Of a stretch of DNA of 64,000 bases, positions 41,906 through 53,342 are shown in pieces. Within the stretch, counting starts at the first letter, position 1; each line of letters begins with the position of its first letter. The notes beneath the pieces are model-generated. The model ran no database searches, was not told where the DNA came from, and saw only the letters and a list, made by a program, of their open reading frames with translations. This DNA comes from Nitrosopumilus sp. (GTDB lineage Archaea > Thermoproteota > Nitrososphaeria > Nitrososphaerales > Nitrosopumilaceae), in NCBI GenBank assembly GCA_965207445.1, contig CBDBLX010000002.1:352001-416000 (forward strand), in the 5' to 3' direction. Position numbers and translations under genes: made by a program.

Positions 41906-43480
41906 GTGGTTTTTTCAATGAATTCTAGAAACCACAAGTATGCTCTATTACTTGTGGCCGCAGTAACCATTACGGCAACAGGCGCAATGTCGCAAGCATA
42001 TGCGCAGAGTGTCAATGATGGTATGGACGGATATGTAAAGGGGACCAGTGGCATTTACACTGGCAACCCTGCCGAATGTTGGTATGATGATGGTGAAGGA
42101 GGTATGCTGCCTTGTCTCATAGATACAGGAGACACCGCATGGATGCTTACTGCAACCTCTATGGTACTCTTCATGTCACCTGGAGTCGGGTTCTTTTATG
42201 GCGGTCTTGCCAGATCAAAGAACATCGTAAACGTATTGGGCATGACCCTGATGGTTATGGGTCTGATGTCAGTACAATGGGTGCTATGGGGATACTCACT
42301 AGCATTTGGCGGAATTGATTCAGATGCAAACCTATTCATGGGTAACCTTGACTATGTAGGATTTAACATGGTCTCGGCTTGGGCACCATTAGGTGAACTT
42401 GGACCTTGTCATGATACGTGGTCTGCTGCATATCAGATGAACGAGTTCAAGGATGGTGAATATTGTAGCCAAAGCTGGCCTGGTACTGTTCCACACCAGC
42501 TCTTTGCAATGTTCCAAGCAACCTTTGCAATTATCACACCAGTTTTGATTATTGGTGGTCTGATTGACAGAATCAAGTTCAGCGCACTTGTCATATTCGT
42601 ACTTCTCTGGGGTACTTTCGTATATGACCCAATTGCACACTGGGTCTGGGGCGGAGGATACATCGGAGGTGGATCACTAGACATTGATCCAGAACTATCT
42701 CCATCGTATGCACTTGACTTTGCTGGTGGTACTGTTGTACACATCTCTTCAGGATTCGCTGCATTGGCAGGAGCCATAATTCTTGGTAGACGCCTTGGAT
42801 ATGGCAAGGTACCAATGGAACCACACAACATCCCATTCATTGTATTGGGTGCAGGAATTTTGTGGTTTGGTTGGTTTGGCTTTAACGCAGGAAGTGAAGT
42901 GATGGTAGATGGTATCACTGTAAGCGCATGGACCGTAACTAATACTGCAACAGGTATGGCAGCTGTTACTTGGGTGCTCTTGTCATGGGCACATACAGGA
43001 AAGCCAAGTATAGTTGGCGCCGCATCTGGTGTTGTAGCAGGATTGGTAGCAATTACTCCAGCCTCTGGTTGGGTAGGTCCGATGGCCGCTATCATAATTG
43101 GTATTGCTGCGGGTACGATTTGTTATGCAAGTATTGCATTCAAGAATGCACGTAAATGGGATGATGCCCTTGATGTATGGGGAGTACATGGAATGGGTGG
43201 TCTTACAGGTGCAATCTTGACAGGCACACTGGCAAGTCCCCACGTATGGGATACCGGCGACGGTATAGGTGCGTGGACCGGTACAGCAGAAGGAATGGAA
43301 CAGCAGGCAATTAGTATAATTGCAGCTGCAATGTCCATTGCATATGCATTTGGTGTGACAGTAGTCATACTAAAGGTCATGGATGCTGTATGGCCAGGCG
43401 GAATCAGGGTCACTCCCAAAGAGGAAGAGATCGGTCTTGATCTGGCTCAACACGGAGAAAGAGCATACATAAACGAGTAA
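41906..43480 (+). CDS. amtB: ammonium transporter (Amt)
   Basis: DTAWML, FFYGG, FQATFA, DFAGGTVVH, LWFGWFGFNAGS, DDALDVWGVHG, GLDLAQHGE. Confidence 0.97.
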   Translation: MVFSMNSRNHKYALLLVAAVTITATGAMSQAYAQSVNDGMDGYVKGTSGIYTGNPAECWYDDGEGGMLPCLIDTGDTAWMLTATSMVLFMSPGVGFFYGGLARSKNIVNVLGMTLMVMGLMSVQWVLWGYSLAFGGIDSDANLFMGNLDYVGFNMVSAWAPLGELGPCHDTWSAAYQMNEFKDGEYCSQSWPGTVPHQLFAMFQATFAIITPVLIIGGLIDRIKFSALVIFVLLWGTFVYDPIAHWVWGGGYIGGGSLDIDPELSPSYALDFAGGTVVHISSGFAALAGAIILGRRLGYGKVPMEPHNIPFIVLGAGILWFGWFGFNAGSEVMVDGITVSAWTVTNTATGMAAVTWVLLSWAHTGKPSIVGAASGVVAGLVAITPASGWVGPMAAIIIGIAAGTICYASIAFKNARKWDDALDVWGVHGMGGLTGAILTGTLASPHVWDTGDGIGAWTGTAEGMEQQAISIIAAAMSIAYAFGVTVVILKVMDAVWPGGIRVTPKEEEIGLDLAQHGERAYINE

Positions 43481-43728
43481 TAGTAGAGGTTTACCTCTTA
43501 TCTCCTCTTTTTATTATATTTTTTAAATTACAATTTATGCGCTGAATATTTTTTTATATTGGTCGTTGAATTACTCTGTCTAATATTACATAAAATAATG
43601 ACTGATATTTATGCATAAAATAATTTACAAATAACTAAAACCACTTTTTTTCATCTAGTAGATTACTGACAAACAAATTATTATTATTGCCAATTTTTAT
43701 CTCTATTTTTGTGCATAGTCATAATAAT

Positions 43729-44541
43729 GTGATATCAACTACACAACTTGATGATATAATTTCAGATGATCCTGACTCTGTGACCATACTAGATGCACGT
43801 AACTTTTCTGATTATTCCAAGGGACATATTCCTAGTGCGATCAACTTGGACCTATTTGCATTTCACTGGAACGATACCACACAAGAGGGCATACATAATT
43901 TTCAACAACAGGCAACTAAACTATTCTCATTTGCAGGCTGCACCAAAAATAAAACCATTATAATTTATGATGACAAATCCGGCATGCTTGCCGCACGTGG
44001 TGTTTGGATGCTTTTGTATATGTCGTATTATAATGTGTACATGCTAGATGGTGGTTTTACACAGTGGTGCAAAGAATCACGTCGTAGTGATGTTGCAATG
44101 TACGAGTTTGAACCCACAAATGTTTATCCTGATTTTGATTCTAGTGTAATTGTTGGTTATGAATATGTACTGAACAATTTGAACAAACTTGTAATAATTG
44201 ATGCACGTTCTGTTAATGAGTATAATGGTACTGTAATTCGTGCAGCACGTGGTGGACACATACCTGGTGCCATAAATATAGAGTGGAGTCAAAACATCGA
44301 TGACGATACTGGTATGTTCAAGAACAATAAACAGTTGGCTGAATTGTACAAGGATATATCTCGTGACTCTGAGATAGTGACGTACTGTCAAGGTGCGTAT
44401 CGTGCTGCAAACTCTTTTTTAGCACTCAAAAAGGCAGGATTCAAGAATGTTAGGGTTTATCTTGGTTCGTGGGGTGAGTGGGGGAATTTATCAAATGTGC
44501 CTGTAGAGCGCAACTTTAAGTCTAATAATAATAATATGTGA
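43729..44541 (+). CDS. tandem-domain rhodanese / thiosulfate sulfurtransferase (GTG 43729 preferred; ORF open from 43687)
   Basis: GHIPSAIN, LDGG, GHIPGAIN, YCQGAYRA, YLGSWGEW. Confidence 0.92.
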   Translation: MISTTQLDDIISDDPDSVTILDARNFSDYSKGHIPSAINLDLFAFHWNDTTQEGIHNFQQQATKLFSFAGCTKNKTIIIYDDKSGMLAARGVWMLLYMSYYNVYMLDGGFTQWCKESRRSDVAMYEFEPTNVYPDFDSSVIVGYEYVLNNLNKLVIIDARSVNEYNGTVIRAARGGHIPGAINIEWSQNIDDDTGMFKNNKQLAELYKDISRDSEIVTYCQGAYRAANSFLALKKAGFKNVRVYLGSWGEWGNLSNVPVERNFKSNNNNM

Positions 44542-44928
44542 AAATCACATCCAATATTAATTTAATATATGTATATGAACATATGATTGGATTTACTTTT
44601 TAGAATAAATCTGGCAAGCTGATAAACGTTACAGTTTTGATCAAACTAAATATACTTGGCAAAATTTTGGCAACGCATTGATATCAAATAAAATTCAAAA
44701 GATTATGGTTTGCCTAAATTTCAATAACAAAAGAGTTGGATTAAAAAATATTAATAATAATAATAATTATTTTTTTAATTTATAGTGTGTTGTATAATTT
44801 TTTGATCATCTAAAATAGAATCATATATAGCGTGTGTGTGCGGTAGGTTTGTAGTAGATGTACAGAGATGCATGGCATCTCAGTTAACTGATTATTGTTT
44901 GACTCGTGATAATTCTGATGAAACATTC

Positions 44929-45140
44929 GTGTAAACCAACCTACTTTGGCATAATAATAAGATCATACATCTTTAAGATTTATTATCCGACGACGGACCA
45001 ATAATTTTACACAATTCATTTTAGACATTTAGTCCATGTAGCTTCCACGTCTCAACACAACTAAACATCATACAGAGATTTTCTGCCCCTTGTCACTTTA
45101 ACTGTAGATGACTGTTCCTCTGATCTAATAGGTTTCATTG
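44929..45140 (-). pseudogene. IS end with IS66-like transposase C-terminal remnant
   Basis: 44929-45014 repeated at 63915-64000; minus strand reads GAENLCMMFSCVETWKLHGLNV with stops/frameshifts. Confidence 0.6.
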
Positions 45141-45288
45141 ACTATTCTACAAGATTTGTGGTATAGTTGATAAATGGATACAAAACAAATGTAAAAAGTT
45201 CGGGCGCTGTATTTTCTAGTGTGGCGCCAAACTTTTTTTCACACAATACATCTGTACGTTTTTATAATATGTTGGGAATGACAGATGT

Positions 45289-47291
45289 ATGGTAATTTCA
45301 CTAATTAGGCAGTTGCGCGTCAAGCAGAGTTCTATTTTCTCTCAATCCTCCATCATCCCCCCTCCCCCCCCCCCCACATCCACAACCATTCTAACGCGCA
45401 ACGCCATATTTTTACAGCAATTTTACTTGCCGGAATTATTATCACACTAGTCGCAGCCGTTCCGGTGGCTGACTGGGCCGACGCTGCTCACAATACTAAT
45501 GTAATTCCGCCACCCCCGGCCGACCTCAACAGGGCGGCCGTCACGTTCAACTCGCCCTCGGGCGGTGGCACCCTGATAGGGACCGTGACGCTCGAGCGCA
45601 ATGCCGCCGAGCGGATGGAGTTCGCGGCCGAGATACGCGAGTGTGTGGTGGACCTGGGCAACGTCGGCAATATCCCACTCCGGTCGGCCAACATGTGCGG
45701 CAGCGACGCGCACGCCAGCCTGGACCCCAACGACACGGGGCGCGACTTTTCGCGCAACGTAATCTGGACGGACTCCACCAAGAGCACCATATCATACTAC
45801 TATATCCCGACATACAGGACGATAACCATAGAGAAGGGCCAACAGACCGCCGATGTCACGTGGCAGACGCACAACGACGGCACGTCGAACGCGCAGTCGT
45901 TTACTGTGGCGGTCCAGCCCCTCACCGGGGGCTCCGTGTACGGACACCACTGGGTGGATCCGTACAGGCCGTCGACAGGGACGTTCATGTCCCAGCACCA
46001 CTGGAAGGCTCAGATAAACGGCCCCCAGCCGGAGCTGATAATGGTGGCAGGCGGCCCCACCATCGTTACGGAGGGCACAGTACTGCGCGTATTGGTGTTC
46101 GCCACCCCATCGGCGAACCCGGAGCTTAGGTTCAACTACCACATATCCGACCCCCGTAGTGACACAAACCCCGACGGCTTTATTCCCAACACCGCTGAGG
46201 GCGACAAGCACAATAACATCGCCGCTCGATTCAACTTAATGGTCCCGACCGATAACGACAACACCGACGAGCGCGACGGCATCATCACGGTATCGCTACG
46301 CTCCGGCTCCGGCTACACCGTGGGCACGCCTAACACCGTCTCATTCACGGTGCGGGACAACGACCCAGGCCCGCTTGACGGCACCGGCAACAGTCCCCCG
46401 CCCCCGACTACAGTCTCAATTGGGCTGGCAGGCGGCGGCTCGGAGGGCGACCCCGTCTCATTCAGCATCGGCGCAACCCCCGCCCCTCTGCAGTCACCTT
46501 TGCCGGTCAACGTCACCCTTTCGGGCGCCGGCGGGATTCTGAACGCCTCCGACGCGGGCTGGCGCATCGTGGAGATTCCACCGATCGGCTCGTATACGCT
46601 GGAGGTCCCGACCATAGACGACGGCGTCATAGACGTCAACAATGTTACGCTCACGATAAACCCCGGAGCCGACTACACGCCGGGCCAATTTGCAAGCTGG
46701 ACTGTGGACGTCCAGGACGCCGGGACGACGTCAAGTCTGATGCAGCCGCCCGTGTACAACAAGCTCACCCAGGCGCAGAATCTGACGGCAGTCGCCATAG
46801 ACCCGGCGCTGGTCGCCAACGTGACCGCGATGGCCAACCAGACGCAGCACGGCGCAGATCACGTGGACAGATGGAACCGCGTTCTAGCTGCCTTTGGCGA
46901 GATTGACCACTCAAACCCGATGACCGCAGCAGAGGCGCAAACCAATGCAGAAAAGTACAGCAGCCCGCTGTGGTCGCAGATTGCAGACGTGCTGACATTA
47001 CTAGAGGCGGCAGCAGCAGAACAGGACGGGCCGCAGACGCCGCCGGACGTACCGACCGAGCCGGACGCGCCGCCCGCCGTCGACCCGGAACTCGTCTCCA
47101 AGGTAAGGGCGCAGGCGGCCCAGACGCAGCACGGCGACGCGCACGTGGACAGATGGAACCGCGTTCTAGCTGCCTTTGGCGAGATTGACCACTCAAACCC
47201 GATGACCGCAGCAGAGGCGCAAACCAATGCAGAAAAGTACAGCAGCCCGCTGTGGCCCCTGATAGCCGACGCGCTGGCGGCGCGCGAATAG
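45289..47291 (+). CDS. secreted/surface protein with Calx-beta-like domains and C-terminal helical repeats; frameshifted at a poly-C tract (ORF track 45465..47291)
   Basis: Signal peptide RHIFTAILLAGIIITLVAAVPVADWADA in main frame; VTEG, VPTDNDNTDERDGIITVSL..GSGYTVG..TVRDND Calx-beta-like motifs; HVDRWNRVLAAFG repeats. Confidence 0.8.
45357..45375 (+). repeat. homopolymer C6-T-C12
   Basis: cccccctcccccccccccc between ATG 45289 and signal-peptide codons. Confidence 0.9.
46860..47255 (+). repeat. identical 114-bp intragenic direct repeat (46860-46973, 47142-47255)
   Basis: cacgtggacagatgg...cagcccgctgtgg twice. Confidence 0.92.
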
Positions 47292-47497
47292 CAGACATAC
47301 GCTCTTATGCAGCAGAGAAATACCACGGACAAGAAAACATTGACCGTTGGCACCGTGTACTAGAGGCCTTTGGAGTAGAATCCTTTGACAATCTAGAACC
47401 AACGACTGCAACAGAATCTCAGACATATGCTGACCGAGGATGGGGCCGTTGGATTCCAGTGGTAGTAGCACTTGAAAAGATAGCGTCCGTTGACTAG
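47288..47497 (+). pseudogene. out-of-frame third, divergent copy of the helical repeat
   Basis: IADIRSYAAE..HGQENIDRWHRVLEAFG..TATESQTYADRGWGRW; lower GC than upstream ORF. Confidence 0.7.
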
Positions 47498-48435
47498 ATA
47501 ACAGTAATGATAACCGTAATGATCACAGTTCAATACTATTACATTTTTTGGTAACACGCCGCGTTTTTGAAGTGACTTTGATGGTCACATGGTGTACTTG
47601 GAGGCACGCATGAATGGGGGCTAAAGACAAGGGACGGAGGGTGTACGTTGACATTAGGTGCGGGTTGTAAGTTATGGCGACGAGCACAAGTCATACACAT
47701 CAATTTTACACGATTTTATGCCTGAAAAGATCATATGTAAAAATATTGTATTTTGAAAACGTTACATCTGTTTTTAATATGAATAGAAATGTTTCAGATG
47801 TGCATTGTAATAAGTGCAGTATGCCCAAAGGTGTAATGCGTCCAATTGTCAGATTGGAAGGTGAACTGAGTTCTAAAGCAAAGGAATACAACATGATCAT
47901 CTCGATAACAGCAACAACATCAGCAACAACATCCGCATCCGCAACAACAACAAAAAAAAGAAAAAGATAAACTAGCAGTATGAAATTACATTATCACCCA
48001 TGTACATCTTCTCTCAACATGGTTATCACTATGTATAAGCACACATCATAGATATCCATATCAATCTTGAATTTTATTCCATTCTATGGTGTATGATTGG
48101 GCATATTGCAACATACTGCCATAATTTTGAACATAAAAATAATCATATTATGATTTCCTGTAATGTTTTTACAATTGGACTTTGCCACATGTGATTATTT
48201 CAGGCACAAAATCACAAAAATCCACTGCACAGAAACTTATGCCTATCATTATACGTGCAACAGGGCAATGGATGCCGTCAACTCATCTCTAAATTCATAT
48301 ATGGATTCACCGTCTATTATCTGGCGCAGACACAGGGGTTGAATAGTTGCAGCAATAAAGTGTTTATCTTTACAAGGCCCCATTGGTAAAGTGTAGATTA
48401 AAAAATTAGATTGACAAATTATTATGCAACACATA

Positions 48436-48541
48436 GTAGTTTCATTAAAGATCCGATGGTTTTCTAATATTTTGTATTCATAATACATGCTCAACTTCGA
48501 GATGAATATCAATCAAAATATCGGATCTTTAATCATATCAG
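48436..48541 (+). mobile_element. 106-bp MITE (IS630-related), copy 4
   Basis: Matches 1240-1345; TA both sides; 9 nt from atpI stop. Confidence 0.9.
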
Positions 48542-48550
48542 TACACACTA

Positions 48551-50671
48551 CTAGTTTGACTTTTTCCACACAAATTGGTTGTATATCATCTCTGGTCTGA
48601 GCTGTCTGAATTCGTGACCTCCGCCATCATACCATTTGGTAAAGAATTCGTACAGATGTAATCTAAGTGACTGTATGTATACGATCAACCCCTCGATCAT
48701 CATTATGCCTATATTTCCACCTATTATCATAGCCCATGCACCTATTGACTCTGCACCACCAAGTGAGTAAAACGCATTATTCACCGTAAGTAATAGCGCA
48801 GCATGCACTAGCAACATAATTCCTATACGCGCATAACTGATTGTATGCGCTAGACTCTCTACTGTCTTTCCTAAAAATACTTCCATTATGACATTAGCAG
48901 CAGAGCCACCTTCTTCTGGATGTTTCTTTGCATGCAATATACCACCTATCATCATTATTGTCATGGATGCAATTACAGTCACGACTGCTATTCTAGTTAC
49001 GATCCAGACCTGTGCCCACTCACCTAGAAATATAGTAACCCACGGTACGGGCTCTGTATGTGTTCTAGAGTACATGTTCATTACATCGTACTGTGAGCCA
49101 ATTGCACACATCATTATCACAACAATTCCGCCATACAAAGTAATGTTTGGTAGTGCTTCCATGTATAACGCAATCTTTTTTCCTTCACGTGCAAGTTTCT
49201 TGATGCGCAGGATCATTGCCCACAACAGATGAACTATCCCTATGAACAAAGACACCTTGAGTATATCAATTACCTGCTCAAATGTTAATTCTGCTACTGA
49301 TATAACACCTACAATCCAACTGACCGGATACAATATGCCACCTTCTGCTAGCATGCCTGATAACGGTGCCATTACTGCAATGTGATGTCCGAACACCTCA
49401 CCTGTCCCAACACCTGCAATTGCTGATGCCGCCCCTGATATGGCAAGCAACATGCCCCATCTTGTTAGGTTACCTTGCCCTTTCATCTTAAATAAGAGTC
49501 CCATTCCCATCAATAGCAGACCGTGTCCAAGATCTGCGAACATGATCCCATAAAATATAGGCCACATTAATGCAATCATCGGGGTAGGATCTGCCTCACC
49601 CTTTTTTGGAATTCCTTGACTGTTTGTAATGGTCTCAAATGTCCTTATAAATCTCTTATTATCATATAATGTCGGTGCATCTTTGAGTAGTTTTGCATCT
49701 GTTATATCCTCTACAATTGCTGTCCATCTGTCTGCAATCTTTTTGAACTTTGACTCCATCTTGGCAGGTATATAGCCCTGAATAAGTGCAAAATGTTTTG
49801 TGCCAGCAGGCTTTCTGAGCGTCTCTAGCATATCTTTTGCAACCTTTGCCTCCTCATGTAGCGCTAGTATGTCTCTCCTTGATTCTTTTACAATCTTGGC
49901 AATTGCCTTTGAATTTACTTTTTGTTTTTCTGTAATCTCTTTGATCTTAGATTCAGTCAATGCATATGCTTTTGATGGTATTTGCGGCATTCCTTCTGGG
50001 ATGGTAAATGGATTTGAATTAAAACTACGAAATGTCTTGAGTATGGTTTCAGTGTCATTTGTGCTACCAAATACCAGCACTGCTGCTGCCTTTTCTTTTT
50101 TACCACCCGATGCTAACTCGTATCTATACAGTGTAGTTGCAGTACCATCAAGTGATCTTGATATCTCTTCATAGTCTGCTGAATTAATCACAAAGAGGTT
50201 TGTGTAAAAGTACTTCATCATTCCGAATCCTGACAGATCAATGTCAAGATTTTTTGCAACTTCAATGGTGTCTTTTAGTGTTGTATACTCGTCTAGTGCG
50301 CGCTTTGTATCTACTTGCTCTTCTAATAGGCGCGCCGCATATGCTATCTTGTTTGGTGCCTCTTCTTTGAGGTGGCTTACCATCTGTTCAATCTCGTCTA
50401 ACTCGTAATCTTTCTTTTTTATGACGGTTCCCTTGAAGAGTATCTCAAGCATACCTACTGTGAGTGGTATACCTAGACCCTTTACAATATCATCTATTGA
50501 TTGGTATGTCTTTTGAGCATCTAATAACAAGTCGTCTATCTCTGGTGTTACGACATCGTACTCACTGTTGATTTTGTGAAACCACTCAAATTCGGCAAGA
50601 CGTGATATGGCCGCTGGAGATTCACTCCTTGGCAGTATTACGCTTCCTAGCTTTAACTCTGCTAGCCCCAA
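48551..50671 (-). CDS. atpI: A/V-type ATP synthase subunit I
   Basis: IFYGIMFADLGHG, HTISYARI, IQSLRLHLYEFFTKWYDGGG. Confidence 0.96.
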   Translation of the reverse strand: MGLAELKLGSVILPRSESPAAISRLAEFEWFHKINSEYDVVTPEIDDLLLDAQKTYQSIDDIVKGLGIPLTVGMLEILFKGTVIKKKDYELDEIEQMVSHLKEEAPNKIAYAARLLEEQVDTKRALDEYTTLKDTIEVAKNLDIDLSGFGMMKYFYTNLFVINSADYEEISRSLDGTATTLYRYELASGGKKEKAAAVLVFGSTNDTETILKTFRSFNSNPFTIPEGMPQIPSKAYALTESKIKEITEKQKVNSKAIAKIVKESRRDILALHEEAKVAKDMLETLRKPAGTKHFALIQGYIPAKMESKFKKIADRWTAIVEDITDAKLLKDAPTLYDNKRFIRTFETITNSQGIPKKGEADPTPMIALMWPIFYGIMFADLGHGLLLMGMGLLFKMKGQGNLTRWGMLLAISGAASAIAGVGTGEVFGHHIAVMAPLSGMLAEGGILYPVSWIVGVISVAELTFEQVIDILKVSLFIGIVHLLWAMILRIKKLAREGKKIALYMEALPNITLYGGIVVIMMCAIGSQYDVMNMYSRTHTEPVPWVTIFLGEWAQVWIVTRIAVVTVIASMTIMMIGGILHAKKHPEEGGSAANVIMEVFLGKTVESLAHTISYARIGIMLLVHAALLLTVNNAFYSLGGAESIGAWAMIIGGNIGIMMIEGLIVYIQSLRLHLYEFFTKWYDGGGHEFRQLRPEMIYNQFVWKKSN

Positions 50672-50926
50672 GATGAATAAACCGCAAACTATTGCGTTTT
50701 AATACCTTTCCAAGTGATTTTTTTGGGCTATAATTTGCGCAATTATCCGTATTTGTTCAAATTAAAATATTTACTAGTGTGCAAGTCTCAAGTCATATGT
50801 ATTGTTCATCTTTATCTCATCTCATATCTCATCTCATATCTCATCTCATTTTCCATTCGCCCTTTACAACCCCCTACGTAAAACAACTCCAAAACATTAA
50901 AATCTATTACCTCAAGACGCCAAATA

Positions 50927-51559
50927 TTGACTAATACCACAACAACAACTACTGTTGGTAGCGGATCACAACTAGAACAGACAGTTGACAAGATACTTGC
51001 ACAGACTCAAAATGAGATCACCGCCAACATTGACTCTGCACTAAAAGAGGCACACCAATCACTTGATCAAACAATTCCAATTTTAGAGCAAGAGTATGAA
51101 AAGATCATATCTGATGCACACAAAGAGGCAGACAAGATAAAAAGACAGATCGTCGGAGCCGCTGACCTCAATAGACGCAACAATCAACTACTTACCCTAG
51201 AGGATGCCGTTGACCGTGTATTTACACAGGCACTAGATCAAATTGCATCAAAAGATCGCACTAGTCCTGAATATTCTAATTTACTAAAATCACTCCTTGC
51301 AGAGTCCACTACAATATTGGGCTCTCAAGATGTTGTTGTATTTACTAGCACACAAGATAGAGATGCTGTTGCATCTGTAATAGAGTCTGATTACCCTAAT
51401 GCACAGTTATCATCTGATGCAATTGATTGTTTGGGCGGTGTACGTATACAATCAAAAGACGGCGCCATGACATTTGACAATACACTTGATGCAAAGATTG
51501 AGCGTATGAAGCCTTTAATTAGGAAGGAAACCGCATCGAAATTCGGAGCAGGTAATTAA
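50927..51559 (+). CDS. atpE: A/V-type ATP synthase subunit E
   Basis: Coiled-coil N-half, [17 protein letters not shown]; precedes atpA. Confidence 0.92.
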   Translation: MTNTTTTTTVGSGSQLEQTVDKILAQTQNEITANIDSALKEAHQSLDQTIPILEQEYEKIISDAHKEADKIKRQIVGAADLNRRNNQLLTLEDAVDRVFTQALDQIASKDRTSPEYSNLLKSLLAESTTILGSQDVVVFTSTQDRDAVASVIESDYPNAQLSSDAIDCLGGVRIQSKDGAMTFDNTLDAKIERMKPLIRKETASKFGAGN

Positions 51560-51560
51560 G

Positions 51561-53342
51561 ATGGTAGTAGCACAAGGTAGAATTGTATGGGTAAGCGGTC
51601 CTGCTGTTAGAGCAGACGGAATGTCAGATGCCAAGATGTATGAGACCGTAGTTGTAGGTGACTCAAAGTTAGTAGGTGAGGTGATCAGACTCACAGGTGA
51701 TGTTGCATTTATTCAGGTTTACGAATCTACAAGTGGCTTAAAGCCAGGTGAGCCTGTAATTGGTACGGGTAATCCTCTAAGTGTGTTGCTTGGTCCTGGA
51801 ATTATCGGACAGTTATATGATGGTATTCAAAGACCCCTGAGAGAACTCTCAAAAATATCTGGTTCTTTTATTGGACGTGGTATAACGACCTCGCCTATTG
51901 ATATGGCCAAAAAGTACCACTTTACTCCAAGTGTAAATGCCGGTGATCAGATAGAGGCAGGTAGTGTGGTTGGTATGGTTCAAGAGACAGATTTAATTGA
52001 TCATCCAATAATGGTTCCACCTGATCATCCTGGTGGCACGATTGCAAGTATAGTTGATGAGGGAGATTATGATCTAGATAATGAAATCGTAACCTTGTCA
52101 TCTGATGATGTGGCACCAATAAAGATGTGTCACAAGTGGCCTGTAAGAAAACCTCGTCCTTATAAGAATAGATATGATCCTACTGTTCCTCTCTTGACAG
52201 GACAGCGTGTAATTGATACATTCTTTCCTATTGCAAAGGGTGGTACTGGTTCAATACCTGGCGCATTTGGAACTGGTAAGACCGTAACGTTACACCAGAT
52301 AGCAAAATGGGCAGATTCACAAGTAGTTGTGTATATTGGATGCGGTGAGCGCGGAAACGAGATGACTGAAGTGCTAGTAGAATTCCCACACTTGACTGAC
52401 CCGCGAAGTGGCAAGCCATTGATGGACAGGACTGTATTGGTAGCCAATACAAGTAATATGCCAGTAGCAGCTAGAGAGGCGAGTATATACACTGGAGTTA
52501 CGATAGCCGAGTATTACAGAGATATGGGCAAGGATGTAGTATTGGTAGCAGACTCGACTAGTAGATGGGCCGAGGCTCTCAGGGAGATGAGTGGTAGACT
52601 AGAAGAGATGCCTGCAGAAGAAGGTTATCCGTCATATTTGGCATCACGTTTGGCAGAGTTTTATGAACGTGCAGGACGTGTCAGGGCTACTGGTAGTCCT
52701 GATAGGGATGGTTCTGTGACACTTGTAGGTGCAGTATCGCCATCAGGTGGAGACTTTACAGAACCAGTCACTACACATACAATGCGTTTCATAAAGACAT
52801 TTTGGGCACTTGATGCCAAACTTGCATACTCTCGACACTATCCTTCAATTAATTGGATGAACAGTTATTCTGGTTATTTGGCAGATATTGCACAGTGGTG
52901 GGGTGATAATATTAAAGAAGATTGGCTTGATTTGCGCTCAGAGGCATATGGTGTACTACAGCGTGAGGATACACTAAAGGAGATTGTCAGATTGTTGGGA
53001 CCCGAAGCCCTTCCTGATGAGGAGAAACTGATCTTGGAGGTGGCAAGAATGATCAAAATTGGACTATTACAACAAAACTCTTTTGATGATGTTGATACAT
53101 ATTGCGGTCCTGAAAAACAGTATCGATTACTCAAAATGTTAGTAGAGTTTTACAAACGCGGACAGACATCACTCAAAGAAGGCGCTAATTTGGCTGACAT
53201 TAAAACTATGTCTGTTATCCCGTCTCTACTCAAAGCTAGAATGGAGATTAAAGATGATGAGACTGACAAGCTTGATAAACTTGATGCACAAATATTAGAA
53301 CAGTTTCAGGGATTAGTAGGAGGAGGAGAAAGTAAAAATTGA
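51561..53342 (+). CDS. atpA: A/V-type ATP synthase subunit A
   Basis: [35 protein letters not shown]; no intein. Confidence 0.98.
   Translation: MVVAQGRIVWVSGPAVRADGMSDAKMYETVVVGDSKLVGEVIRLTGDVAFIQVYESTSGLKPGEPVIGTGNPLSVLLGPGIIGQLYDGIQRPLRELSKISGSFIGRGITTSPIDMAKKYHFTPSVNAGDQIEAGSVVGMVQETDLIDHPIMVPPDHPGGTIASIVDEGDYDLDNEIVTLSSDDVAPIKMCHKWPVRKPRPYKNRYDPTVPLLTGQRVIDTFFPIAKGGTGSIPGAFGTGKTVTLHQIAKWADSQVVVYIGCGERGNEMTEVLVEFPHLTDPRSGKPLMDRTVLVANTSNMPVAAREASIYTGVTIAEYYRDMGKDVVLVADSTSRWAEALREMSGRLEEMPAEEGYPSYLASRLAEFYERAGRVRATGSPDRDGSVTLVGAVSPSGGDFTEPVTTHTMRFIKTFWALDAKLAYSRHYPSINWMNSYSGYLADIAQWWGDNIKEDWLDLRSEAYGVLQREDTLKEIVRLLGPEALPDEEKLILEVARMIKIGLLQQNSFDDVDTYCGPEKQYRLLKMLVEFYKRGQTSLKEGANLADIKTMSVIPSLLKARMEIKDDETDKLDKLDAQILEQFQGLVGGGESKN

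Noticed and set aside
47674..47970. 98-aa ORF with TATTSATTS tail
   Set aside because: No motif, low-complexity, likely non-coding debris
48249..48512. Similar ORFs 48249..48512 and 62445..62627 as a gene family
   Set aside because: Shared N-terminus is translated MITE sequence
51561..53342. Intein in AtpA or Cdc48
   Set aside because: Lengths and motif continuity are canonical
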